DNA of 57,416 bases from an uncultured Flavobacterium sp. (GTDB lineage: Bacteria; Bacteroidota; Bacteroidia; Flavobacteriales; Flavobacteriaceae). Every line of letters begins with the position of its first letter. The stretch's first letter is position 1. The stretch spans positions 1 through 57,416 of the forward strand of contig CAZAJH010000001.1 in the NCBI GenBank assembly GCA_964485385.1, in the 5' to 3' direction. This document shows, one piece after another, positions 47,417 through 57,416 of this stretch. The notes under the pieces are model-generated. The model saw only the letters and a list, made by a program, of their open reading frames with translations. It ran no database searches and was not told the origin of the DNA. The position numbers and the translations under genes were made by a program.

Positions 47417-49001
47417 AATACAAGTCGGCATCCAAGCAATAGATGTCCTCTCTAAATTGAAGCACGTCATTCTCAATCCAAGCGGTATTGTATAGAAAAT
47501 GGACGTAAATGGCTTCCTCCAAATCTATGGAAGTGGTTTTGAGTTTTTTGGCTTTTTTAGTTACTTCTTCTATTTGTTCTAAACTCCAATTTTCTTCATC
47601 ATTCAACAAATAACACCCCAATTCCAACGGATTTTCAACGCGAACACACCCCGAACTTAGCGCTCTGTAATCGTACTTGAAGTAATTGCGGTGGTTGGTG
47701 TCGTGCAAATAAACAGCATAGCGGTTACTAAAATTGATTTTGATAAAGCCAAGCGAATTATTTTTACTCGGATTTTGAACGTATTTGTACCGTTTGGCAT
47801 CGGCCATTTTCCATTTCCACGGACTCACTTCACGGTTTTTAGAATCGAAAATATGCAATCCTCTTTTGCTAAACGCACTTCGACTCCTAATGGCCTCCGG
47901 AAAAACATCTTCTTTCAAAATGGTTGGTGGAACAGTCCAGTTCGGATTCAAAATGATATTGGTTAGTTTAGACGAGAGCAAGGGCGTTTTGCGGGTGTCT
48001 TTTCCGACTACGACTTTGTGCGATAAAATGCTGTCGTTATTTTTGTAAACGGTTAGATAATAGTTGGGCAGATTTACCAAAATATAATGATTGCCTAAGG
48101 TGTCAGGTAGCCATCGCAACCGTTCCAAATTGACAATAACTTGTTCAATGCGTTGGTTTCGCGAGTAATTCAACGCTTCGATAGTGCTACGGCCAATTAC
48201 ACCATCATCACGCAAGCCGTGTCGCTTTTGGAATCGTTTTACCGCTGCGAATGTTTCTTTGTCAAAAACTTTGGATAAAGCGGAATCTTTTCGTTTTAAA
48301 TCGCCCCAATAAATCAGTTTCTTCTTGATTAAAACCATCAATTTGGAAGACGATTTTAGCGTGAATTTTTCCTTGGGATCAACTTGTTCAATCGTTTTAT
48401 CAGGGTATTCGTTGAGTTTTTTGAGTGACTCTTTTAGTTGTTGATAGCGTTTAATTTGGGGTTTCAATTGTTCTATTTTTTCGGCAAAATTGTTGTGGTT
48501 GAAACAGTCAAACAAAATGCGGTTAACAGGAGTATTTTTTTTACCAAAATCCCAATCGTCATAGAGCGCATACGGGTCTACTTTTCCTTGATTGATGTGG
48601 CGAATGTAGCGTTGAAAACTTCGTGTGAGTTCAATGTCGTATCGGACTTTTTTTACTTCGCTTAAACTATCAAATTCGGTTTCCTGTTTGGATAGAAAAG
48701 AAACAAAATAATCGTTGGGTTCTAATCCTTCATCGATTGAATTGGTCATTTCGTTCAATGCAAAATGACGATGCTCTTTGTTGCTCCAAGCTACCTCATA
48801 GTTGTTTTTTCGGTAAAAAGAATGCAGGAGAGTATCCTTGTATGAAAGCACTAAAGTGGAATCAATTTTGATTTTGTTGGGTTTAAAAAAAGAAATAAAG
48901 CTACTGAAGGAGGCGTTTTCAGCAATTTGGATTGCATTTCGCTCCTGGCATGAAATAAAAAAAAGGAAAAGAATAGCTACGTATTTTTTTACCATAGGCA
49001 A
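47400..49001 (-). CDS. L,D-transpeptidase (YcbB/LdtD-like) with peptidoglycan-binding domain
   Basis: AVKRFQKRHGL..DGVIG, NLERLRW, NPNWTVPPTI, VYLHDT...ALSSGCVRV; possible lipobox FIS-C. Confidence 0.92.
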   Translation of the reverse strand: MPMVKKYVAILFLFFISCQERNAIQIAENASFSSFISFFKPNKIKIDSTLVLSYKDTLLHSFYRKNNYEVAWSNKEHRHFALNEMTNSIDEGLEPNDYFVSFLSKQETEFDSLSEVKKVRYDIELTRSFQRYIRHINQGKVDPYALYDDWDFGKKNTPVNRILFDCFNHNNFAEKIEQLKPQIKRYQQLKESLKKLNEYPDKTIEQVDPKEKFTLKSSSKLMVLIKKKLIYWGDLKRKDSALSKVFDKETFAAVKRFQKRHGLRDDGVIGRSTIEALNYSRNQRIEQVIVNLERLRWLPDTLGNHYILVNLPNYYLTVYKNNDSILSHKVVVGKDTRKTPLLSSKLTNIILNPNWTVPPTILKEDVFPEAIRSRSAFSKRGLHIFDSKNREVSPWKWKMADAKRYKYVQNPSKNNSLGFIKINFSNRYAVYLHDTNHRNYFKYDYRALSSGCVRVENPLELGCYLLNDEENWSLEQIEEVTKKAKKLKTTSIDLEEAIYVHFLYNTAWIENDVLQFREDIYCLDADLYSKLRY

Positions 49002-49442
49002 TCAGCCAATTTGTTTAAACATAATATAATGAATTCCAATATCTTTGATTTCAAAAGGTTTTCCTTCAATAATATAGCCTGATTTTTGATAAAAAGGGAC
49101 TGCCTTTTCACGAGCATTAAACCAAATCAACTCCCCTTTTTGCGCCACAATCAGGGCTTCCGCGCTTTGCAAAAGTTTCTTTCCGTATCCAAAAGCTTGG
49201 TATTCTTTCAAAACAGCCATTCCTCTTATCTGAAACTGCAAACTAGCCTTAAAGGTAGTTGATTTATTTTTAAAAACAGAAATTACACCTACCAATTTAT
49301 CAACATCAAAAAGTCCCAAATGCAAGGTGCTTTCCAAGTCATCGCCTTCAAAAAAACAGCTTTCAATAGGTTTGCCTGCTCTCAAAACAGGGTGTCTAAC
49401 AGCGAAAGTGGCGTTATAATCAATCTTTTTTATTGTTGTCAT
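49002..49442 (-). CDS. GNAT acetyltransferase (YitI-like)
   Basis: VRHPVLR, QIRGMAV...QAFGYG, WFNAR..AVPFY. Confidence 0.9.
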   Translation of the reverse strand: MTTIKKIDYNATFAVRHPVLRAGKPIESCFFEGDDLESTLHLGLFDVDKLVGVISVFKNKSTTFKASLQFQIRGMAVLKEYQAFGYGKKLLQSAEALIVAQKGELIWFNAREKAVPFYQKSGYIIEGKPFEIKDIGIHYIMFKQIG

Positions 49443-49565
49443 ACCAAATGTAAAATAAGTGATTACGAATGAATTACTCGTGTTTTTTTTGAATTATTAA
49501 ATGTCAAACAATTTCTACCTTAAATTTTTACTAAAAAAAATTTGCATCCAATGCAACAAATACTA

Positions 49566-49573
49566 TATATTTG
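49566..49573 (+). promoter_or_regulatory. -7 box of the tRNA-Gly(TCC) promoter
   Basis: TATATTTG, with TTTG at 49541-49544 as the -33 element. Confidence 0.7.
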
Positions 49574-49589
49574 CACTCACAAAACAAAT

Positions 49590-49662
<73 letters not shown>

Positions 49663-49671
49663 CTTAGATTT

Positions 49672-49701
49672 AAACCTCTACTTTACGGTAGAGGTTTTTT
49701 T
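49672..49701 (+). terminator. Terminator after tRNA-Gly
   Basis: AAACCTCTAC-TTTACG-GTAGAGGTTT plus T-run. Confidence 0.85.
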
Positions 49702-49740
49702 ATTTTCACGAGGCGAGAAGTTCATTTGTGTTTTGGGAAG

Positions 49741-50448
49741 TTACTTTAAAAAACTCAGGTCAGTTCCTGGTTCTACTTCCATTGGTGCTTCATTTTGCCT
49801 GAACAACCGTGCCGTCAAGTTACCTTCTAATACGATGCTGTCACCTTTTACGCGAAGCCAACTTCCTTCTCGTAATCCCAGAACGGGAGTTGCATTAAAC
49901 GCATGAAATTCTTTGATTCGAGTTTCACGTGTTTCACCCATATGCTTGCTGTTGGCATCTGGATCGAGGTAATGTGGATTCAAATTAAACGGAATTGCCG
50001 ATAAGGTAGAAAAGCTCGGGGGATAAATAATGGGCATATCATTGGTGGTTTGCATCGATACACCAGTAATATTACTACCAGCGCTCGTTCCTAAATAGGG
50101 TGTGCCTTTGTTAATTACTTCCGATAAAATAGTCATTACCCGATTGTTGTATAATTGTGTCACCAGTAAAAAAGTATTTCCTCCACCCGTAAAAATACCT
50201 TCGGCTTGAGCTATAGCTTCTTCAGGATTCTCAAATTCATGCAGTCCTTTTACGGTAATGTTTATCTCGGCAAAAACGGCTTTTACTTTGGCTGTATAAT
50301 CATCATGACTTATACCTCCTGGGCGAGCGTACGGGATAAAAACAACGCGCTTACAATTTGAAAACAGCAGTTTTAATTCATCCAATAAATAATCCAAATA
50401 ATTCCCATTGTATACCGTTGAAGTGCTCGCAATAATTAAATTTTTCAT
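49741..50448 (-). CDS. pepE: Dipeptidase E (peptidase S51)
   Basis: FIPYA, GGGNTF, GTSAGSN, TTNDMP, NPHY, GETRETRI. Confidence 0.96.
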   Translation of the reverse strand: MKNLIIASTSTVYNGNYLDYLLDELKLLFSNCKRVVFIPYARPGGISHDDYTAKVKAVFAEINITVKGLHEFENPEEAIAQAEGIFTGGGNTFLLVTQLYNNRVMTILSEVINKGTPYLGTSAGSNITGVSMQTTNDMPIIYPPSFSTLSAIPFNLNPHYLDPDANSKHMGETRETRIKEFHAFNATPVLGLREGSWLRVKGDSIVLEGNLTARLFRQNEAPMEVEPGTDLSFLK

Positions 50449-50576
50449 CTCAAAGTCATTGTTTTTTACAAAGCTACAAACTTAATCGAATTATAAATTA
50501 ACATTTAATTAGATTTTACTTGGCTTAATTTTTGGAAGTGTTTCTACTACTTTTACCTCAGTTTTCGGACGTATAT

Positions 50577-51323
50577 ATGTTTAAAAAATACTTTTTTTCT
50601 TTCCTTCTTGCACTTTTCTCTAGTGTTTTGTTTGCTCAGCGAACGGAACTCAAAGGAAAAATAAGAGCCTATACCGAAGATCTAGAAGGTATTTACATCA
50701 TCAATCTCAATACAAATTTATCTACTTCAACCGAGCGTGGCGGTTATTTTCAAATCCAAGCGCAAGAAAATGATACACTCCAATTTTCGGCTGTTCATCT
50801 CAAAAGTAAAAAAATAGTTTTGACCTATTCAAACCTAAAATCGCCTTTGTTTTTTGTAGATATGGAGTTGGCTAGTTACAATTTGAAAGAAGTGGAAATC
50901 AAACAATACAAAGACATCAATGCTGTCGATTTGGGGATTTTAGCTAAACCAGCCAAAGCCTATACACCAGCAGAAAGAAGACTTTACACTGCAACTGGTG
51001 GAGGAAGTAATACGTATGGTTTAAATACGCAAGTGTCATTAGACGCCATTTTGAATTCTATTTCTGGTCGAACAACTATGCTGAGAAAAGAGGTGGAAGT
51101 TGAAAAAAAGGAGCATACTCTAGAGCTTATTAACGAGTGGTTTGAAGATAGCTTTTACATCAATAAATTTAATATTCCTGCAGAATATGTCAAAGGTTTT
51201 CAGTTTTTTCTGGCAGAAAACACTAGATTTGTTGATGCGGTAAAAAGCAAAAACAAAACCTTAACCATTTTTTTAATCGGAGAATTGTCTGTCGTTTATC
51301 TGAAATTACTCAATGAAAAATAA
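50577..51323 (+). CDS. Exported protein with CarboxypepD_reg-like N-terminal domain
   Basis: Signal peptide; IINLNT...GYFQI...DTLQFS...LKEVEI; TPAERRLY; start taken at MFKKYF. Confidence 0.75.
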   Translation: MFKKYFFSFLLALFSSVLFAQRTELKGKIRAYTEDLEGIYIINLNTNLSTSTERGGYFQIQAQENDTLQFSAVHLKSKKIVLTYSNLKSPLFFVDMELASYNLKEVEIKQYKDINAVDLGILAKPAKAYTPAERRLYTATGGGSNTYGLNTQVSLDAILNSISGRTTMLRKEVEVEKKEHTLELINEWFEDSFYINKFNIPAEYVKGFQFFLAENTRFVDAVKSKNKTLTIFLIGELSVVYLKLLNEK

Positions 51324-52041
51324 TATCATTTTTTTGATGTTGTGCTTGTTCACATCATTCGCTTGGACGCAAAATGGTCCTAGAAAAACAATGCACGGGT
51401 TCGTTGTTAATGACAGTATTAGCGTAGAAGATGTGTTGGTTTTTAATCCCAATTCCAATAGCGGAACGACAGTAAAACTGAATGGTGCTTTTGAAATTAT
51501 TGCCCGTGAAAAAGACACCTTGATTTTTTCGAGTATGTCGTTTAAGTTAAAAAAAATCGTTCTCTCCAAGGAAGATATCGCCAATGATTCTTTTGTGGTA
51601 GGTTTAGAAGCTGTGGTAAATTTATTGAAAGAGGTGGTTGTTGATAAAAGAAACAATCAAAAAATTATTCAAAACAGTCAAAGAATAGTGGATAAAAAGT
51701 ACGCTCCAGACTCCAAAACATCACCCAAAGTGGTCGGTGTTTATGATGGTTCGATTGAGAACGGAATGGATTTTGTTAGGATGTACAAAGAAGTTCGAAA
51801 ATTGTTTCGTAAAAAAGACTTGGGCAAAAGTGGTGAAGGGGAAGTAAATTTTAAAGAAGAAGTAACCAAAAAAGTTAAATACAGCTTTTTTACCCAAACC
51901 TTACAACTGAAAGATTATCAAATCAGTCTTTTTTTATCATTTTGCGAGGCTGATAGCGCGTCCCAATCAATGGCTAAAAAAACCAATTTGGAACTGATGG
52001 ATTTTTTTATTTTGAAGCACAAAGAGTTTGTGAAATTGTAA
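51313..52041 (+). CDS. Exported protein with CarboxypepD_reg-like N-terminal domain
   Basis: Signal peptide; VFNPNS..GT...GAFEI...DTLIFSS...LKEVVV. Confidence 0.72.
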   Translation: MKNNIIFLMLCLFTSFAWTQNGPRKTMHGFVVNDSISVEDVLVFNPNSNSGTTVKLNGAFEIIAREKDTLIFSSMSFKLKKIVLSKEDIANDSFVVGLEAVVNLLKEVVVDKRNNQKIIQNSQRIVDKKYAPDSKTSPKVVGVYDGSIENGMDFVRMYKEVRKLFRKKDLGKSGEGEVNFKEEVTKKVKYSFFTQTLQLKDYQISLFLSFCEADSASQSMAKKTNLELMDFFILKHKEFVKL

Positions 52042-52045
52042 AAGA

Positions 52046-52552
52046 ATGAAAAAGAACTATTTACTCCAAGTACTATTGTTTTGCTTTCTTTTAACCACCT
52101 TGTCTGCTGTGGGGGTGCATAAATTTTATGTGGCGATACACCAAATTAATCACGCCAAAGAAAAGAAAATGCTTCAAATAACGAGTCGTCTTTTTATTGA
52201 TGATATCAACGAGGCGATTGAAAAAAAATACCGAAAAAAGTGTGATTTGACTACCGATAACGAAACGCCCGAACAAGTGGAGCTTCTAAAAAAATATTTT
52301 GCCGAAAAATTTCTTATCAAAGTCAATGGTCAAAGTAAGGTGCTAGAATACCTGAGCAAGGAAACCGAAGATAACGTTTTGATTTGCTACCTCAGAATCA
52401 AAGAAGTTCCCAAAATTAACTCAATTGAAATAGAGAATACCATGATTATGGAAAATCACGGTGAACAACAAAACATCATTCAAGCTCATTTCAATGGCAG
52501 CAAACAGAGTTTATTACTCACCACCGAAAACTTTAAAGGAATGTTAAAATAA
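52046..52552 (+). CDS. DUF6702-like exported protein
   Basis: Signal peptide then HKFYVA, LQITSRLFIDD, QQNII. Confidence 0.75.
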   Translation: MKKNYLLQVLLFCFLLTTLSAVGVHKFYVAIHQINHAKEKKMLQITSRLFIDDINEAIEKKYRKKCDLTTDNETPEQVELLKKYFAEKFLIKVNGQSKVLEYLSKETEDNVLICYLRIKEVPKINSIEIENTMIMENHGEQQNIIQAHFNGSKQSLLLTTENFKGMLK

Positions 52553-52610
52553 GTGGTGATTCCAAAATCTCATCATAAAATACTTATTTTTATTGCCTTA
52601 TTTTAACACC

Positions 52611-54830
52611 ATGAGAAAAATTCTTTTAGGCTTTTTAGTTTTTCCTATCCTCGCTGTGGCTCAGGACAAAAACGTAGAGAGAAATTCCGATAAATTCAAA
52701 CAAATGTACGATTTGTTGGCCACACCCAATATGTACCGTACTGCTTCTGGTGCGCCCGGACCTGAATATTATCAGCAACAAGCCGACTACAAAATTGATA
52801 TTGAGTTGGACGATAAAAATGCCAAACTATTTGGTCAAGAAACCATAACCTACACCAATAATGCCAAAGAAGCTTTGGATTATTTGTGGATGCAACTCGA
52901 TCAAAATCAACAATCGCGTAAATCTCTTTCGCCATTGGTAGAGAGCAATGTTACCGATCCGGTGATGAGTCCGAAAGGATTTTCTCGTAAGTATCTAGAA
53001 GAAGACTTTGATGGGGGTTTCAATATTGAATATGTAAAAGACGCCGCAGGTAAACCAATGAATTACACCATCAATCAAACGATGATGCGCATCGAGTTAG
53101 CCACACCTTTAAAGCATGGTGAAAAAATTACGTTTTCCATCAAATGGTGGTACAACATCAACAATTACCGTTTGGATGGAGGCCGTTCTGGCTATGAGCA
53201 ATTTGAAGACGGAAATAGATTGTATATTTTGGCTCAGTTTTACCCAAGAATGGCGGTTTATAATGATGTAGAAGGATGGCAAAATCAACAATTTTGGGGT
53301 GCAGGCGAATTTGCTTTGCCTTTCGGGAATTTTGATGTCAATATTACGGTTCCAGCCGATCATATATTAGAAGCTACTGGCGAATTAGTAAATAGAAGTG
53401 AAGTGTTTACACCCACTCAATTGGCGCGTTATGCTCAAGCTGAGAAGTCATTTGATAAACCCGTGATAATTGTTACACAAGCCGAAGCTGAAGCAGCTGA
53501 AAAAGGCTTTTCAACTCAGAAAAAAACATGGAAATTCAAAGCAACCAATGTGCGTGATTTCGGTATTTCAACCTCAAGAAAATTCATCTATGATGCAATG
53601 GCTGTTCAACTAGCTACTCGAACTACTATGGCTATTTCATTGTATCCAAAAGAGGGGAATCCGCTATGGGAGCAGTACTCTACACGAATTGTGGCGCATA
53701 CACTCAAGAGCTATTCAGCGCATACTTTTGATTATCCGTACCCAAAAGCCATTTCGATTAATGCAGAAGACCAAGGAATGGAATACCCAATGATTTGCTG
53801 GAATTGGGGTCGTCCGGATGCAGATGGAAAATACTCAGACCGAGTTAAGCACGGTATGATGAGTGTAATTGTTCATGAAGTAGGACATAATTTTTTCCCA
53901 ATGATTGTCAATTCGGATGAACGCCAATGGACATGGATGGACGAAGGATTAAACTCGTTTTTAGAGTATGTGGCCTTGATGGAATGGGATCCTAATTTTC
54001 CTGCCGATCGTGGTCCAGCCAAAAATATTGTACCCTACATGAGTGGAGATCAAAAAGGATTAGAGCCTATTATGAGTAACTCAGAAAGCATACGTCAATT
54101 TGGAAATAATGCTTACGGTAAACCCGCAGCCGCGTTGAATATTTTGCGCGAAACAGTAATGGGACGCGAGCTGTTTGATTATGCATTCAAAACCTATGCT
54201 AACCGATGGAAATTCAAACACCCAACACCCGAAGATTTTTTTAGAACGATGGAAGATGCTTCGGCATTCGACTTGGATTGGTTCTGGAGAGGTTGGTTTT
54301 ACACGACCGATTACAATGATATTGGTATCAAAGAAGTTAACAAATATTATGTAAGTAATGAACCCTCAAAAGAAGTAAAAGAGTTTTTGAAAACACGACG
54401 AAGAAGAAACCGAATTGAAGGACCAATGGTATACATGGTAGCTGAGGGAAGCGAAAGTTTTAAGCCAGAAATGAATAAACCATTCGAAATTAAGGATTGC
54501 AAAACCTTACAAGAATATGTTGACAAAACGTTTACCAAAGAAGAGCAAGCCAAGTTAAAATCACCTAAGTATTTTTACCAAGTAACTTTCAATAAACCAG
54601 GAGGATTGGTAATGCCTATTCTAGTTGAATTAACTTTTGAAGATGGAACCAAAGAAATGCACCAATTTCCGGCACAGATATGGCGTATGAATGATGTCGA
54701 AGCCAACCGTACTTTTGCTACTGAAAAAGCTATTGTTAAAATCAAAATCGATCCGAAAGAAGAAACCGCAGATATTGATACGACCAATAATTCGTGGCCA
54801 AAAGAGGTAGCAAAATCCAAATTTGATTGA
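52611..54830 (+). CDS. M1 family zinc metallopeptidase
   Basis: YRTASGAPG, GMEYPM, HEVGHN...WMDEG, NAYGKP; start taken at MRKILL. Confidence 0.93.
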   Translation: MRKILLGFLVFPILAVAQDKNVERNSDKFKQMYDLLATPNMYRTASGAPGPEYYQQQADYKIDIELDDKNAKLFGQETITYTNNAKEALDYLWMQLDQNQQSRKSLSPLVESNVTDPVMSPKGFSRKYLEEDFDGGFNIEYVKDAAGKPMNYTINQTMMRIELATPLKHGEKITFSIKWWYNINNYRLDGGRSGYEQFEDGNRLYILAQFYPRMAVYNDVEGWQNQQFWGAGEFALPFGNFDVNITVPADHILEATGELVNRSEVFTPTQLARYAQAEKSFDKPVIIVTQAEAEAAEKGFSTQKKTWKFKATNVRDFGISTSRKFIYDAMAVQLATRTTMAISLYPKEGNPLWEQYSTRIVAHTLKSYSAHTFDYPYPKAISINAEDQGMEYPMICWNWGRPDADGKYSDRVKHGMMSVIVHEVGHNFFPMIVNSDERQWTWMDEGLNSFLEYVALMEWDPNFPADRGPAKNIVPYMSGDQKGLEPIMSNSESIRQFGNNAYGKPAAALNILRETVMGRELFDYAFKTYANRWKFKHPTPEDFFRTMEDASAFDLDWFWRGWFYTTDYNDIGIKEVNKYYVSNEPSKEVKEFLKTRRRRNRIEGPMVYMVAEGSESFKPEMNKPFEIKDCKTLQEYVDKTFTKEEQAKLKSPKYFYQVTFNKPGGLVMPILVELTFEDGTKEMHQFPAQIWRMNDVEANRTFATEKAIVKIKIDPKEETADIDTTNNSWPKEVAKSKFD

Positions 54831-54866
54831 TTTAGTTTGTAACTTTGCAACATAAATTGTAAAACT

Positions 54867-55190
54867 ATGTTTGGAATAGGCGGCGGCGAGTTAATATTCA
54901 TCATTTTTATTGCCTTGATGCTTTTTGGAACGGATAAAATTCCGGTAATTGCCCGAAATTTGGGTAAAGGAATGGCGCAGCTCAAAAATGCTACTAACGA
55001 AATCAAATCTGAAATCAAGAAAAGTGCTGAAGCCAATGGAATAGACAGTTCCATAAACGAACTGACTTCTACCTTCACTCGCGAAGTTGATCAGGTAAAA
55101 GGTAGTTTAGACACCAATTTGTCCAATCCCATCGATACGATGAAAGAAGATTTGGACGATTTAACAGGGTCAATCAAAAGACAAATGTAA
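54867..55190 (+). CDS. Sec-independent translocase subunit TatA/TatB
   Basis: MFGIGGGELIFI..IALMLFG.DKIP..AR.LGKG. Confidence 0.9.
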   Translation: MFGIGGGELIFIIFIALMLFGTDKIPVIARNLGKGMAQLKNATNEIKSEIKKSAEANGIDSSINELTSTFTREVDQVKGSLDTNLSNPIDTMKEDLDDLTGSIKRQM

Positions 55191-55783
55191 TGTGGGAAAG
55201 AATAATTGATCTCGACAAAGAAGTCTTTATTTTTCTCAACGGATTAGGTTCAACTGCGTACGATTCGATTTGGTTGTTGATTACCAAGCAGTTTTATTGG
55301 ACTCCTTTTTTTCTATTCTTGGCTTATCTCATACAAAAAAAAATCGGGTGGAAACCACTTGGGTTAGTACTTCTTTTTATGGCTTTTCTACTTTTGATAG
55401 GCAACGAATTAGTAGAGTTTTGCAAAGTAGCTTTTGAACGCCTTCGTCCCTGCAACGATCCCGAAATTAAAGACAGTATTCGCATCGTTCACCAATCGGA
55501 TTCGTTTAGTTTTTTTTCAGGTCATGCTACCAATTCAATGGCTACCATGACTTTTATTTTTTTGATACTCAAACGGTATTACAAATTTGCTTTTTTGCTT
55601 TTTCTATATCCGCTAATCTTTGCATACAGCCGAATTTACCTTGGTGTTCATTTTCCAGGTGACATTCTTACAGGTTATGTAGTTGGAGGTTTTTTGGGTT
55701 ATATTTTTTTTACGATTTATGTGGTTTTTCAAAAGAAAATTCTAACTACAACACCCGACTCACCGTCAACCCATCGCGAATAG
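55190..55783 (+). CDS. PAP2 family phosphatase
   Basis: K..FERLRP, SFFSGHA, SRIYLGVHFPGD. Confidence 0.93.
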   Translation: MWERIIDLDKEVFIFLNGLGSTAYDSIWLLITKQFYWTPFFLFLAYLIQKKIGWKPLGLVLLFMAFLLLIGNELVEFCKVAFERLRPCNDPEIKDSIRIVHQSDSFSFFSGHATNSMATMTFIFLILKRYYKFAFLLFLYPLIFAYSRIYLGVHFPGDILTGYVVGGFLGYIFFTIYVVFQKKILTTTPDSPSTHRE

Positions 55784-56387
55784 GAAGTAACACGCTTTCT
55801 ACACGCGCGTCGGTGTTTAAAAGTTGATTGTATTCCAATAATACTTTGGTAGAAATATCATTCGGATGGACTTCCTCTACTACTTTTCCGCTCCACAACA
55901 CATTGTCGGATAAGATGATTCCGCCTTTGTTCATCTTGGGAATTATCATGTTAAAATAATGAATGTAATTCTCTTTATCAGCATCAATAAAAACCAAGTC
56001 AAATTTCAAATCGAGATTCGGAATAATAGCCAACGCTTCGCCCAAATGCTGTACAATCTGTTTGCCCCAAGGCGATTTATCAAAATATTTGCGTTGCAAG
56101 TCGATGAGTTCTTCTTTGATGTCAATGGTATGCAAAACACCATTTTCTTGCATTCCTTCACATAAACACAAAGCCGAATAACCGGTGTACGTTCCTATTT
56201 CCAAGATGTTCGTAGGCCGAATCAATTTGGATAGCATACTCAAAACACGTCCTTGAAAATGGCCACTTAACATGCGCGGTAACAATACTTTTTGATAGGT
56301 TTCTTTGTTGAGTTGTGCCAGTAATTCGGGCTCTTTTTGGGAATGATTTTCAACGTAAAGCTCTAAATCTTCAGAAAGGAAATGCAT
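55746..56387 (-). CDS. Caffeoyl-CoA-type O-methyltransferase
   Basis: MLSGHFQG, LEIGTYTGYS, FIDADKENY, DNVLWSG, LPIRDG. Confidence 0.93.
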   Translation of the reverse strand: MHFLSEDLELYVENHSQKEPELLAQLNKETYQKVLLPRMLSGHFQGRVLSMLSKLIRPTNILEIGTYTGYSALCLCEGMQENGVLHTIDIKEELIDLQRKYFDKSPWGKQIVQHLGEALAIIPNLDLKFDLVFIDADKENYIHYFNMIIPKMNKGGIILSDNVLWSGKVVEEVHPNDISTKVLLEYNQLLNTDARVESVLLPIRDGLTVSRVL

Positions 56388-56494
56388 GATGGATTGTTTT
56401 TTTCACCTCAAAAGTACTAAATATTCTACTTTGCCGTATAAACACCTATTGTAAGTTCTAAATTAAATGGTAATTTTAGCTCAAACAAACCTGC

Positions 56495-57416
56495 ATGTCA
56501 AAATCGATTTACGTACTAGGAACGGGCTTGTCACACAACGGCTCTGCTGTTTTACTCAAAGATGGTAAGGTGTGTGTGGCTATCGAAAAAGAACGCCTCA
56601 CACGCATCAAACACGACGGCGGAAACGATACAGTTGCTATTCAATATTGTTTAGAAGCCGAAGGGATTACTTTAAATGATATTGCTGTTGTAGTACAATG
56701 CGAAAATTTTACACTTCCCAAACGCGATTTTTTCAAAGGGAAACGGTTGTTTGCTGACTCCAATCAACCTAAAATAATTGACATTTCTCATCATTTGGCC
56801 CATGCGTACAGTGCCGTGGGAACTTCTCCTTTCTCCAATTGTAATGTGATGGTTATTGACGGTTGCGGTAGTCCGTTTGACCAATTTATCGCATTGCATC
56901 CTGAGCAAAAGGAAATTTTAGATCTTTCTTTTTTTGAGATTAATCAAATGCAATGCGAAAAAGATAGTTTTTACCATTTTGACGGACAAAAACTAACACC
57001 TGTAATCAAAGATTTTAGCGTGATGGCCGACCAAACTGGTGGCGAATTTCAATTGCCAACTACCCAACATTCCATTGGCGGATTTTATGCTTCGATAAGC
57101 CATTATGTATTTGGCGATATGGACGATGTGGGCAAATTAATGGGTTTAGCTCCCTTTGGGAAATCGGGAATATACCAATTTGATGCTTTTGAGTTTGATT
57201 CAGGGCGATTGTTAGTCAAAGACGATTGGAAAAGACATTTCACCAATCCATCGCGAGGGTATGAATACTTCAACACGCATTTTGATTACTATGCCAATGT
57301 AGCCAAATGGGCGCAAGAGCAAGTAGAAAAAGCGGTTGTCAATTGCATTCAAAATAGAGTAGACCAATTTCCAAATGAAAATCTCTGTTATTCTGGCGGA
57401 GTAGCATTAAATGCTG
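56495..57416 (+). CDS. CmcH/NodU family O-carbamoyltransferase (3' truncated; absent from the ORF track)
   Basis: ATG at 56495 reads MSKSIYVLGTGLSHNGSAVLLKDG..AIEKERLTRIKH...SHHLAHAYSA...VIDGCG...GKLMGLAPFG...SGGVALNA to the window end. Confidence 0.92.
   Translation, partial: MSKSIYVLGTGLSHNGSAVLLKDGKVCVAIEKERLTRIKHDGGNDTVAIQYCLEAEGITLNDIAVVVQCENFTLPKRDFFKGKRLFADSNQPKIIDISHHLAHAYSAVGTSPFSNCNVMVIDGCGSPFDQFIALHPEQKEILDLSFFEINQMQCEKDSFYHFDGQKLTPVIKDFSVMADQTGGEFQLPTTQHSIGGFYASISHYVFGDMDDVGKLMGLAPFGKSGIYQFDAFEFDSGRLLVKDDWKRHFTNPSRGYEYFNTHFDYYANVAKWAQEQVEKAVVNCIQNRVDQFPNENLCYSGGVALNA

Overview
A 57.4-kb AT-rich chromosomal segment from a Flavobacteriaceae bacterium, most likely Flavobacterium. 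This assignment rests on Bacteroidetes TAnnTTTG promoters, T9SS plug and CTD proteins, and gene content. Most of it is housekeeping: the mutS 3' end, tRNA-Gly(GCC), tRNA-Leu(TAA), tRNA-Gly(TCC), an S46 dipeptidyl peptidase, waaA, a DegT aminotransferase, galE, fabD, purT, aspC, a desaturase, rsmG, pruA, apaG, map, gpmI, two L,D-transpeptidases, pepE, an M1 peptidase and tatA/B. Accessory modules are a pirin/YjdJ/OsmC/YjdI/FMN-reductase operon, an MBOAT/AlgJ-like O-acylation pair, a TPR-LuxR regulator, an HNH protein and the start of a carbamoyltransferase gene. The most notable region is 34059-42364. It holds a COG4337-like (iota-class) carbonic anhydrase lipoprotein, a DUF2490 outer-membrane protein, an LRR protein, TerC, TetR and an ABC/HlyD/TolC exporter whose ATPase motifs are largely degenerate. 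Both promoters in this region carry the same palindrome in identical geometry, suggesting a TetR-controlled, possibly CO2/bicarbonate-related envelope system. Non-coding highlights are three Flavo-1-like repeats (two with a 20-bp palindrome inserted at the same site), a REP-like remnant in frame inside a methyltransferase, and two small lipoprotein genes sharing sigma-54-type promoters and an identical 14-nt leader. No CRISPR array, integrase or transposase is seen. All family calls come from motif recognition, not database searches.
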